Positions 43,612 through 54,394 are shown, counted from the stretch's first letter. The stretch: 64,000 nt of DNA from Chrysomallon squamiferum (GCA_012295275.1 CM022679.1:23188001-23252000); one strand, 5' to 3'. Notes: generated by a model not told the origin, from the letters alone. Program-made: numbers and translations.

Positions 43612-43889
43612 CATCATCATCATCATCAATATCATCTCATCATCATTATTATTATTCTTATTATTGTTATTATTATTATTATTATTATTAATGACTATTA
43701 TTTTTCATTTGCGTATTCAGTCAGTGGGTCAGTTAGTGGAATAATTTATAGTTTATTGATTCATTTCCAAGCTTAGGTGTTGACTTGAAAGTGGGGTGCA
43801 TAAACATGTATTATCTAAAAATTAATGAAATAATATCGAATCAAAGAAAATATTGCAATTGTGTACAATCACTTTCAAGTGATTTGCAT

Positions 43890-43905
43890 GGCTCTTAAAA
43901 GAGCC
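43890..43905 (-). terminator. Replication-dependent histone-type 3' stem-loop, copy 1
   Basis: Minus strand GGCTCT-TTTA-AGAGCC (6-bp stem, 4-nt loop), 38 nt after the stop codon, followed by ATGCA and purine-rich GAAAGTGA. Confidence 0.9.
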
Positions 43906-43943
43906 GCCGTTTCAAAGGCATAATTATGTGCTTTCGGCTCACT

Positions 43944-44246
43944 TTACTGCATGTATTCGTCATCGGACTGCGATTCGGGCGAAACGATTGACAATTCCGT
44001 TGTCAGTTCGGCCACCGTTTCTGCTTTCCAGCAGGCGTATTCGTAGTAGGAATTACGCACACCCTCAACAGTGGCCATTTTCAGACGCAAGTTGTATCGG
44101 AACGATTTGTGGTTGTCCACTCTGGCTTTGTCGTATCGGAGCTGGAGCTCTTCCAGCTTGGTGTTCAGCATGACAATCTGCTCGCAGGCTCGTCTGAAGC
44201 GATTCTCTGTTTCGTAGAGTGCAGCGTACAGACTGAATTTCTCCAT
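43944..44246 (-). CDS. Intronless 100-aa non-histone helical protein with histone-type 3' end, copy 1
   Basis: GC-richer uninterrupted ORF MEKFSLYAALYETENRFRRACEQIVMLN...SDDEYMQ, with TATA and Inr upstream and stem-loop downstream. Identical in three copies. Confidence 0.88.
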   Translation of the reverse strand: MEKFSLYAALYETENRFRRACEQIVMLNTKLEELQLRYDKARVDNHKSFRYNLRLKMATVEGVRNSYYEYACWKAETVAELTTELSIVSPESQSDDEYMQ

Positions 44247-44280
44247 AGTTTTCTAATGACTTTCTGTAAATTCAAATCAA

Positions 44281-44318
44281 AACTGAATGTGGAAGAAACA
44301 GAAGCGTCTACCTTATAT
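44281..44318 (-). promoter_or_regulatory. Core promoter of the 100-aa gene: TATAA (44317-44313) and CATTCAGTT cap/Inr site (44289-44281)
   Basis: Spacing ~29-33 nt. CATTC resembles the invertebrate histone cap-site motif and TCAGTT the Inr consensus. Confidence 0.65.
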
Positions 44319-44452
44319 TCCTAGTAATTATGACAAGCACTAATACTCAATGCCATGTCAATTACATACACATCGTAAACAAATCAGGCAGTACTCAAAT
44401 GCCAGTCAATTAGTTGATCTAATTAACAACGAGGAATGACGTAATATTGATC

Positions 44453-44751
44453 GCCGGGAGTTGTGGCGAGCTCCTGTAATCCAGCTACTTGGAAGCATAG
44501 GTCTGTGGACAGCTTGACTTCGGGGGTTCTGCTCTCTGGTGCTCTGTGTTGATTGGATGTCCGCACTAAGCTCGGTATCGATATGGTTTAACTCGCGGAG
44601 GCGAGAGAAACCAGGTTGTCTAAGGAGGGACGTAATGGCCCAGGGCGGAAACGCAGCAGGCAAAAGTCTCCGTGTCGAGTAGTAGTGGGATCGCATCCGA
44701 GAATAGGCACTGGTTAGCAGCCTAGACAATACAGCTGAACCTGACCTTTTT
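44453..44751 (+). ncRNA. RN7SL: 7SL (SRP) RNA gene, full length
   Basis: GCCGGGAGTTGTGGCG...CCTGTAATCCAGCTAC (Alu domain); GTCCGCACTAAG; ACCAGGTTGTCTAAGGAGGG; helix 8 CCCAGGGCGGAAACGCAGCAGG; AGTAGTGGGATCGC; T5 terminator; ~299 nt. TGACGT at 44437-44442. Confidence 0.97.
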
Positions 44752-45110
44752 ATCAAATTTTAGTGTTATTTTCCTCTATGCTCTGAGATTTCCGTTTAAT
44801 CCTTTCGAAATAAATCGAAAATTTAAACAGTTATTTTCATTGCAAGCTAATTTTTTGTCTGTCGGGAATGCCATCTGGAAAAGGAAAAACAATTATTGTG
44901 TTTTATATTGTCATGTTCGCTAATGTGTTAGCTCTGCAGTATTATCGTCTTTCTTTACTTTTTTTTTCTCCCCTCCGGATGTGCATCTCTGACGTGGTTA
45001 ATATTTCCCCTCGATTGTTTATAAGAACATTTGTCCGAAACTAATATAATTAACAGAAAATATTTTGAAAGATTCAATAATAATAATAATTAATAAATAA
45101 TCAAAACGTA

Positions 45111-45231
45111 ACGTCTACAGCACTTGGTGTTCCCAGGCGGTCACCCCATCAAAGTACTAACCGAGCCCTACGTTGCTTAACTTCGGTGATGGGACGAGAA
45201 CCGGTGTTTTCAACGTGGTATGGCCGTAGAC
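45111..45231 (-). rRNA. 5S rRNA gene (variant), copy 2, with one extra G in GATGGGG
   Basis: Same as copy 1 apart from a 1-nt homopolymer insertion (possible sequencing error). Confidence 0.94.
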
Positions 45232-46157
45232 AGCAGTACATCGAAAATAATCGTATATGTGAATAATTTTACGCATCAGGTTAACATATGATTTCTTCCT
45301 TCTTTCGTTGTTGTTGATATTATTAGTTTTTTTCCAGTTCTAATTTCTTCGCTACAGAGAAAACAAAAATAAGCACGTCGATGTAATCACGTGGTTGCAC
45401 TCCGTATCATCGGTATAGTTCACCGCGCTCGGAAGACTTCGGCGAAAATGTGCATTCTCTGTATTAAACGGATCGACAATCGGAAACTGAATCAAGACCA
45501 GAACATACCTCCACGTCAATCCGTGTTATTCTTCTCAATTCACTGATACAATGGCAGTTATTTATACATGTACCAATAATCCACATCCCTTTGTTATGCA
45601 CTGAGTGCAAGACTCAAACAGTGACGTTACGTCATTTCATTGTCAGTGAATATAGTAACGGTGCTTAGTGTTTCGAAGAAGTTATTGTTCACCTACATTA
45701 TTGCTATAGTCGTTATAGGGAATTCCCCAGTTACTGTATGTGTTACAATTATTCTTACTATTATTATTGTTATTGCTGTTGTTCTTCTTCTTGCTGTCCT
45801 TGTTGTTATTATTATGATCATAATTATTCTTCTTCTTCTTTTTATTATTATTATTATTATTTATTATTATTATTATTATTATCATCACCATCATCAATAT
45901 CATCTCATCATCATTATTATTATTCTTATTATTGTTATTATTATTATTATTATTATTAATGACTATTATTTTTCATTTGCGTATTCAGTCAGTGGGTCAG
46001 TTAGTGGAATAATTTATAGTTTATTGATTCATTTCCAAGCTTAGGTGTTGACTTGAAAGTGGGGTGCATAAACATGTATTATCTAAAAATTAATGAAATA
46101 ATATCGAATCAAAGAAAATATTGCAATTGTGTACAATCACTTTCAAGTGATTTGCAT

Positions 46158-46173
46158 GGCTCTTAAAAGAGCC
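46158..46173 (-). terminator. Histone-type 3' stem-loop, copy 2
   Basis: GGCTCTTTTAAGAGCC on the minus strand. Confidence 0.9.
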
Positions 46174-46211
46174 GCCGTTTCAAAGGCATAATTATGTGCT
46201 TTCGGCTCACT

Positions 46212-46514
46212 TTACTGCATGTATTCGTCATCGGACTGCGATTCGGGCGAAACGATTGACAATTCCGTTGTCAGTTCGGCCACCGTTTCTGCTTTCCAGC
46301 AGGCGTATTCGTAGTAGGAATTACGCACACCCTCAACAGTGGCCATTTTCAGACGCAAGTTGTATCGGAACGATTTGTGGTTGTCCACTCTGGCTTTGTC
46401 GTATCGGAGCTGGAGCTCTTCCAGCTTGGTGTTCAGCATGACAATCTGCTCGCAGGCTCGTCTGAAGCGATTCTCTGTTTCGTAGAGTGCAGCGTACAGA
46501 CTGAATTTCTCCAT
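46212..46514 (-). CDS. Intronless 100-aa non-histone protein, copy 2
   Basis: Identical ORF; TATA at 46581-46585. Confidence 0.88.
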   Translation of the reverse strand: MEKFSLYAALYETENRFRRACEQIVMLNTKLEELQLRYDKARVDNHKSFRYNLRLKMATVEGVRNSYYEYACWKAETVAELTTELSIVSPESQSDDEYMQ

Positions 46515-46720
46515 AGTTTTCTAATGACTTTCTGTAAATTCAAATCAAAACTGAATGTGGAAGAAACAGAAGCGTCTACCTTATATTCCTAGTAATTATG
46601 ACAAGCACTAATACTCAATGCCATGTCAATTACATACACATCGTAAACAAATCAGGCAGTACTCAAATGCCAGTCAATTAGTTGATCTAATTAACAACGA
46701 GGAATGACGTAATATTGATC

Positions 46721-47019
46721 GCCGGGAGTTGTGGCGAGCTCCTGTAATCCAGCTACTTGGAAGCATAGGTCTGTGGACAGCTTGACTTCGGGGGTTCTGC
46801 TCTCTGGTGCTCTGTGTTGATTGGATGTCCGCACTAAGCTCGGTATCGATATGGTTTAACTCGCGGAGGCGAGAGAAACCAGGTTGTCTAAGGAGGGACG
46901 TAATGGCCCAGGGCGGAAACGCAGCAGGCAAAAGTCTCCGTGTCGAGTAGTAGTGGGATCGCATCCGAGAATAGGCACTGGTTAGCAGCCTAGACAATAC
47001 AGCTGAACCTGACCTTTTT
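46721..47019 (+). ncRNA. RN7SL: 7SL (SRP) RNA gene, full length, second copy
   Basis: Matches 44453-44751. Confidence 0.97.
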
Positions 47020-47378
47020 ATCAAATTTTAGTGTTATTTTCCTCTATGCTCTGAGATTTCCGTTTAATCCTTTCGAAATAAATCGAAAATTTAAACAGTT
47101 ATTTTCATTGCAAGCTAATTTTTTGTCTGTCGGGAATGCCATCTGGAAAAGGAAAAACAATTATTGTGTTTTATATTGTCATGTTCGCTAATGTGTTAGC
47201 TCTGCAGTATTATCGTCTTTCTTTACTTTTTTTTTCTCCCCTCCGGATGTGCATCTCTGACGTGGTTAATATTTCCCCTCGATTGTTTATAAGAACATTT
47301 GTCCGAAACTAATATAATTAACAGAAAATATTTTGAAAGATTCAATAATAATAATAATTAATAAATAATCAAAACGTA

Positions 47379-47498
47379 ACGTCTACAGCACTTGGTGTTC
47401 CCAGGCGGTCACCCATCAAAGTACTAACCGAGCCCTACGTTGCTTAACTTCGGTGATGGGACGAGAACCGGTGTTTTCAACGTGGTATGGCCGTAGAC
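47379..47498 (-). rRNA. 5S rRNA gene (variant), copy 3
   Basis: Matches copy 1. Confidence 0.96.
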
Positions 47499-48198
47499 AG
47501 CAGTACATCGAAAATAATCGTATATGTGAATAATTTTACGCATCAGGTTAACATATGATTTCTTCCTTCTTTCGTTGTTGTTGATATTATTAGTTTTTTT
47601 CCAGTTCTAATTTCTTCGCTACAGAGAAAACAAAAATAAGCACGTCGATGTAATCACGTGGTTGCACTCCGTATCATCGGTATAGTTCACCGCGCTCGGA
47701 AGACTTCGGCGAAAATGTGCATTCTCTGTATTAAACGGATCGACAATCGGAAACTGAATCAAGACCAGAACATACCTCCACGTCAATCCGTGTTATTCTT
47801 CTCAATTCACTGATACAATGGCAGTTATTTATACATGTACCAATAATCCACATCCCTTTGTTATGCACTGAGTGCAAGACTCAAACAGTGACGTTACGTC
47901 ATTTCATTGTCAGTGAATATAGTAACGGTGCTTAGTGTTTCGAAGAAGTTATTGTTCACCTACATTATTGCTATAGTCGTTATAGGGAATTCCCCAGTTA
48001 CTGTATGTGTTACAATTATTCTTACTATTATTATTGTTATTGCTGTTGTTCTTCTTCTTGCTGTCCTTGTTGTTATTATTATGATCATAATTATTCTTCT
48101 TCTTCTTTTTATTATTATTATTATTATTTATTATTATTATTATTATTATCATCACCATCATCAATATCATCTCATCATCATTATTATTATTCTTATTA

Positions 48199-48232
<34 letters not shown>

Positions 48233-48429
48233 GACTATTATTTTTCATTTGCGTATTCAGTCAGTGGGTCAGTTAGTGGAATAATTTATAGTTTATTGAT
48301 TCATTTCCAAGCTTAGGTGTTGACTTGAAAGTGGGGTGCATAAACATGTATTATCTAAAAATTAATGAAATAATATCGAATCAAAGAAAATATTGCAATT
48401 GTGTACAATCACTTTCAAGTGATTTGCAT

Positions 48430-48445
48430 GGCTCTTAAAAGAGCC
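48430..48445 (-). terminator. Histone-type 3' stem-loop, copy 3
   Basis: GGCTCTTTTAAGAGCC on the minus strand. Confidence 0.9.
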
Positions 48446-48483
48446 GCCGTTTCAAAGGCATAATTATGTGCTTTCGGCTCACT

Positions 48484-48786
48484 TTACTGCATGTATTCGT
48501 CATCGGACTGCGATTCGGGCGAAACGATTGACAATTCCGTTGTCAGTTCGGCCACCGTTTCTGCTTTCCAGCAGGCGTATTCGTAGTAGGAATTACGCAC
48601 ACCCTCAACAGTGGCCATTTTCAGACGCAAGTTGTATCGGAACGATTTGTGGTTGTCCACTCTGGCTTTGTCGTATCGGAGCTGGAGCTCTTCCAGCTTG
48701 GTGTTCAGCATGACAATCTGCTCGCAGGCTCGTCTGAAGCGATTCTCTGTTTCGTAGAGTGCAGCGTACAGACTGAATTTCTCCAT
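48484..48786 (-). CDS. 100-aa non-histone protein, copy 3; ORF intact but promoter removed by the array breakpoint
   Basis: Identical ORF. Array homology ends at 48821, 35 nt upstream of the ATG, before the Inr/TATA. Confidence 0.75.
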   Translation of the reverse strand: MEKFSLYAALYETENRFRRACEQIVMLNTKLEELQLRYDKARVDNHKSFRYNLRLKMATVEGVRNSYYEYACWKAETVAELTTELSIVSPESQSDDEYMQ

Positions 48787-49074
48787 AGTTTTCTAATGAC
48801 TTTCTGTAAATTCAAATCAAATATTCAAGTACACACGATTCACAACATGTTGCAGTGAACGAAGGGTGACAACTCTTATCGCCTTACATGTCTATGTCCT
48901 ATATATCAGATTACTGTTATTATAATAATGTTTTGTTTTCCCAGATAACTATAGAAAGAGATAAAATCATCAGTTTTCTCTATATATTTCTGTTGCATGT
49001 AGAACAATATTTTCCGATAAATGTTCGAGATAAAAAAAAGAACTATACGTAATCACCTACACTGTGATATATAG

Positions 49075-49380
49075 AAATGTTTTATTTTTTTCACAATACA
49101 GATATGATATTTTAATCTGCGTAATTATTACATAATATAATAATTACGTTTGAGTGGCATTCGAAAAAAAAAAACAGTTGTGGTTACTTTTATTTGATTA
49201 GGTGTACAGAAATGTTCTATGTGCACCTTCCCGTGGACAGGAGAGCTAATTACCTGATATTTATTAAACCGCTCTTGTAGAAATGTTTGAGACGGGAAAT
49301 AACCGCAGTGGGCGCGATAAAGGAGGATAGATCCTTCGACCTACAGCTCCTGCTAAGCCCGCCCCGGCCTGAGTGGTAGA
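49075..49380 (-). mobile_element. Degenerate SINE remnant (paralog of 34747)
   Basis: GAAATGTTTTATTT...TATGTGCACCTTCCCGTGGACAGGAGAGC...GGATAGATCCTTCGACC. Confidence 0.5.
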
Positions 49381-49910
49381 TCAATATTACCTATCGAGTT
49401 ATTATCCACTTTCGTTAACTCGTTCATCAAATGACCTAGTATATAATGATCAATCTCTCAACAGAAACGGTGAATATAAAATATACTCTGATTCTAACAA
49501 ACAGCAGTAGGCTATTGACTGCCGATAGCTGGGATTCTCTTTCATATCGTCAAAGTATGCAAAACATATAAATGATACCGTACAACCACCGTTCATAATA
49601 AAATGAATAAAGACGTCGTTAAAAATGCATTAATTTCATTTAAAGAAATTTTATCGGTAACGACTGTGCGTCGTGTTTCGTTATACCGCATTGTAATGAA
49701 AACATATATACACACTGCTCGCCTCATTTTGTCCAGAATAAATTGTCCATAATTTATTGACTATTTGCAATTACCGTGGCCATAATGTTATTAATAATAT
49801 GAATAGTCTCTTTGATCATACGCGTTTTTTGCGTTAACATATATTTGCATTATTTTTTATTAATGAAGATCTTAGAGTTCTGTGAACCGTGGGTCAGTTT
49901 CTGTATATTT

Positions 49911-50130
49911 ATAACATCTGCCTATCTGCATAAATAAGTTGACGATGAAAGTAAAAAGATAACGAATAACATCTGCGTATCTGCGTAAATAAGTTGATGA
50001 TGAACGTATAAAGACAACGAATAACATCTGCGTATCTGCGTAAATAAGTTGATGACGAAAGTAAAAATACAACGAATAACATCTGCATATCTGCGGAAAT
50101 AATTTGACGATGAAAACATAAAGATAACGA
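49911..50130. repeat. Minisatellite, 4 x 55 bp
   Basis: ATAACATCTGC units start at 49911, 49966, 50021 and 50076; the paralog at ~35199 has one unit. Confidence 0.92.
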
Positions 50131-50845
50131 AAGATAACTCACCAACACATTCACGCACATACACATATACTCACACAGAAGAAAGTCTGCAGTTCATAAC
50201 CATATAATTTGTTATAGATTGAGAAATAAAAAATAATAATAAATAAATAAAATATAAATTAATTAATTAAGCAATTAAAATTAAAATTAAAAAAGAAGAA
50301 AAAGAAGAAGAAGAAAATTCCCCCAGAAACATTGGTAAATATTATTTGCCATTAAAATGAAAATACGCCTGTTTGTTCACACCACCTTACCTGCCGTGAA
50401 AGAAGTCAACTTTCTATTTTAAACTAGAAATCAATACGATCGACTCATCTTTTATTGTGGACAAATAATGAAAATAGGTGCATTTCCGTTCGGGGAATAT
50501 CTGAAGTTCCTGCGTTAACTGTTAAATAATTTCTCTTAATGGTTTTATGACATAATCCAACTGCGCTTCCCAGTGCTCGTGTGTGAACAACACGGAGACT
50601 TCCGTTTACACGTCAAAGGCATTAATTGCATGTTGAATCACTCCAGTAATGAAAAATGCCTTTTTGATATCTTTTGTTTCCTTTTTTCTGTCTTTTTTTT
50701 TTTTATTCCTCTTTCCTTTTAATAGTTTTTACCTTTTTCTAAAAATTATCCTTTATTATTATTGCTATTATCATTATTGTTACTGGGGACACAGAGCTGC
50801 CCCCTAGTTTGGGATTAATTGTCAACAATGAACTACAGAGAACCA

Positions 50846-50935
<90 letters not shown>

Positions 50936-51271
50936 TCCAACATAATAATATTAATAATAATAATAATATGAACAAGAAGAAGAAGGAAACAAAGAAAGAA
51001 AAAGAAGAAATAATTAAACAAAGAGTGAGAGAAAAAAAAAAGTAAGCGGATTATAACTGAACGTAATTTATAACTAACAGAAATGACAAGTGTTTTAAAT
51101 TTAAGAGCCGATTATAGAAAATTAATAAATGATGTCGTTAAATAAAACAAATTTGCTTAACCAGACAAGGTTTAATACAGTGATAAATAGTTTCTGAGTT
51201 TTAATTCATTTTAACGCTACTTATAATTTTATTAGAATAAATAAATAAATAAATAAATAAAATATAAAATA

Positions 51272-51406
51272 AAAATGGCGTATCACGAGTGACGCACTCT
51301 CCTCTATTCATTGGTAATAATGGTACTTTCACTGACGTAAAACGAATCAGCAAATGACGTCACTGAAACATTGCAGACACGCTTTCGACTGAGCGTTGAG
51401 GTAAGT
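51272..51406 (+). promoter_or_regulatory. Promoter-like cluster and probable non-coding first exon
   Basis: AAAATGGCG (YY1-like), ATTGG (CCAAT), TGACGTAA and TGACGTCA (CRE, 51355-51362), then a strong donor GAG|GTAAGT at 51401. Locally CpG-rich. Confidence 0.55.
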
Positions 51407-51860
51407 TCCATCTGTGAAAATCTTTATATCTGTCTGTCATTGAATCCTCTGTGTTTTGTTGGGACTTTTTCGTGGTTATTTCATTCAATTTTTAAAACCT
51501 ATAGCCATGTACTATGTATATGTGTGTGTTTGTGTGTGTGAGTATGTGCGAGTGTGTGTTAGTGTATATATCTGTGTATGAACAGACGTATCTATGTTAA
51601 CCATGTCTATAAATTTGATTTAAATTAGTACGACGTCAGGCGATAAAGCAGATTTTAAAACGGAGTATTAAAATAAATGAATAATCTACAATGTAACTAT
51701 TGATTGTAAATATACACTGAAAATGGACTGGTAATTGTTACAAGAACTCAAACGAGTACTTGATTCTTATTTGTTTTGTGAAAAGTAACTGCTGGAATGT
51801 TTGCCAATCATTCTCTATCCATCATAAACAAATATGTAAATGATAAATAGCTTCTCAAAT

Positions 51861-51958
<98 letters not shown>

Positions 51959-52445
51959 GAATACTCTTGATCGTCATCAGCAAGGAATCTTAACATTGCG
52001 CCTCATCGGTTGTTTAATTATCCAACTGTGGGGAATCGGTCGGAACTGGAAATTGCCCAAACGGATGCCCAGAGGAGAGTTGACACTGTGATCCATCATA
52101 CTTCGACCTATCACTTCAGTCACAGATCAACAGCATGTTCCTTTCTGTGAAAAGGATTTGAGTAGAATTTTGATAGATTCGGAAATATAGTTATAATTAT
52201 ATCCTGACCCAATGATTCCATGACCTTAAAAAATTCCTTCCATCTTAAATGGTTTTGTATCAACTAAATGACACCCAAAACGTATAACTATGCAAGATTC
52301 AGAATGTATTGAAGAAGACTGTGGTAGATATAACATTCGAGGTGACATTACTGATATTTAATTATTAAAAGAATTTAACATAAGAAATATGTATGTCGCG
52401 GTTGTTACGTGTTTTGAAACATTATTTGTGTTTTTTCTTTTATTA

Positions 52446-52506
<61 letters not shown>

Positions 52507-52849
52507 AATATTTTAAATGCAAAAACAGACTTTCACAGAAAATAAATAAATTAATTGATGGGGATGATCATAATGATTGAATATTTTATTTATTTATTTA
52601 TTATTTATTATTATTATTGATTGATTATTGATTATTTGATTTTATTTATTTATTTATTTTCACTTTTTTTTCCCCCATGGGTAAGAACTTGCCTCGTCGT
52701 TATCTTTTAGTAATTAAATTTAATTTAAAAAAAAAAAAAAAAAAAAAAATTGTTTTTTAATATAACTGAGACATTTTAATTTTTATTTTATACCCTCTTA
52801 GCGGAAGTTATTTTCAGGACAAAGGTTGACATCGATTTGTCGCGCGCGT

Positions 52850-53963
52850 AACCACGGTGCATAAATACAAACACGAGTTGGAAGCCGGTCACATATAACG
52901 GCAGACTTTGCAGCGATTATCTTCAGCAGTCGCGAAGACAAACTGACGTAAAAGCAGCACGTCGGCATCGTAGTATCGAAGCGCCTCTTTGAAGACAATG
53001 TTTTGAAATCGGTTAGAAATGGGTTTCGCAATAGGAAAATGATTACAGGTCAGTTGTCGTTGTTGGGTGTCGTGTTAAAACAAACGAGGAGTCTTGAAAG
53101 CGAAGTCGTCAGAAATGGAATTTTGGTATCAGTAGTATTGTTGTGTTTGTTTGTTTGTTTGTTTGTTTGTTTGTTTGTTTGTGGTGATGGTGGTGGATGA
53201 GGTATAATGTTAAGTTTGGACCTTTTACTGTTGTTGTTGTTTGTTTTGTTTGTTTGATTTTTTTTTTTTTTTCTTATTTCTTATTTGTGTGTTTATTAAT
53301 TAATTAAGAAAGTAATTACTTAAAAAATATATTTATTTATAATATTTTATTATATAAGTGTATGCATGTGTGTGTGTGTTTGTGTATATAGTTATGAACA
53401 TATATAACTTTAGACACATTTTATTGAAACATTTTATTGTATTTATATCAACAATTATAATTATTTATTTTATTTATTTCCTTACCTACTTGCCTACTTA
53501 TTTATTTTTACTTTTTATTTTTATTTTTTCAGAACCTCGCAGAACAAGACATCAAAAAAACACATTTACACGATTAAAAAGCGTACTTTCCTTTACCACA
53601 AAATAAAACTATTTAAAAAAAAAAACAATTTAGAAAAAAAAATAACAATAATAATAAAAAAATCCTGCCAACAGCGATGAAGTGACAAGAACATTTTATA
53701 ATTCAGCAACACTCTCTGTAGACCACAAACAGTATTAGTAACAAAGGCGACGACAACTACATCAACACTTTTTAAAAGTGGACGAAAATACCCCACTCAC
53801 GAAATCTCTGGTGATAGCAAAATGGAAATGGCCAAATCTAAAGGATCGATAATTTTCATTTATTTTTCTTGACGCTGGAACAGTGAACGTTTTTCTTTCC
53901 CAGTCAGAGAAATTGCTAATTTCAACAGAAGAAGTAAAAGACCCGAAGTTCCTGGATAAAAAG
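52850..53963 (+). other. Candidate 5' exons of an unidentified gene (exon ending 53048; exon 53533-53963)
   Basis: CpG-rich segment ending CAG|GTCAGT; acceptor TTTTTTCAG at 53532; donor AAG|GTAAAG at 53964. The ATG at 53822 reads through to the donor only if one T is removed from the T5 at 53863-53867. Confidence 0.3.
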
Positions 53964-54008
53964 GTAAAGTAGTTTATTTTATGTTCTAAACGTGATAGTG
54001 TAAATTAA

Positions 54009-54131
<123 letters not shown>

Positions 54132-54351
54132 TCTGTGTGTATGTGTGTTATGTATGTATGTAAATATATAATTATATATACGAATGATCTCTCTCTTTGT
54201 TATGTTTTCTTTTACCTTCCGAAACAGTTAAACAAGAATAACATAATGATCACTTAATAAAACATTTTTAACATACAATCTGTTTAAGTAATGACAGACT
54301 GTTGATTAATTTCAATTAACTGACAACAGTATGTGAATTCTCAAGACATAA

Positions 54352-54394
<43 letters not shown>

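Larger units (their letters stand above)
42266..48821. repeat. 2.27-kb tandem array (~2.9 units): 7SL(+) / 5S(-) / unknown structured segment(-) / trinucleotide tract / 100-aa ORF(-) with histone stem-loop
   Basis: 7SL starts at 44453 and 46721 (2268 bp apart); ORF copies at 43944, 46212 and 48484 encode identical proteins. Units differ by a few SNPs and microsatellite length. Confidence 0.98.
16502..50530 (+). repeat. Tandem segmental duplication, ~12-kb period, ~3 rearranged units (~16.5-26.2, ~26.2-38.2, ~38.2-50.5 kb)
   Basis: Paralogous blocks: 17150-21100 / 27230-30870 / 39120-41680; 24780-26220 / 36830-38250; 26390-27230 / 38345-39110; 34410-35610 / 48821-50530. The two gene stop codons are 12221 bp apart. 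Confidence 0.92.

Noticed and set aside
43370-43776. Poly-I/L/Y/N ORFs in the array, and similar ORFs at 5374, 24352, 26722, 31421, 33930, 50739, 55584, 59708 and 63204
   Set aside because: Translations of di- and trinucleotide microsatellites or T-rich tracts.
43928-44324. Plus-strand ORFs of 81 and 71 aa
   Set aside because: Antisense shadows of the 100-aa gene with non-ATG starts; promoter and 3' signals support the minus strand.
44406-44756. 116-aa minus-strand ORF (also 46674-47024 and 42152-42487)
   Set aside because: Antisense shadow of the GC-rich 7SL gene, starting at a non-ATG codon.
49911-50130. CRISPR-like repeat array
   Set aside because: Contiguous degenerate units with no unique spacers, in eukaryotic DNA; a minisatellite.
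53822-53959. In-frame TGA read as selenocysteine (MEMAK...YFS-U-RWNSE...)
   Set aside because: No SECIS or redox motif is visible; a chance frame or 1-nt indel is more parsimonious.
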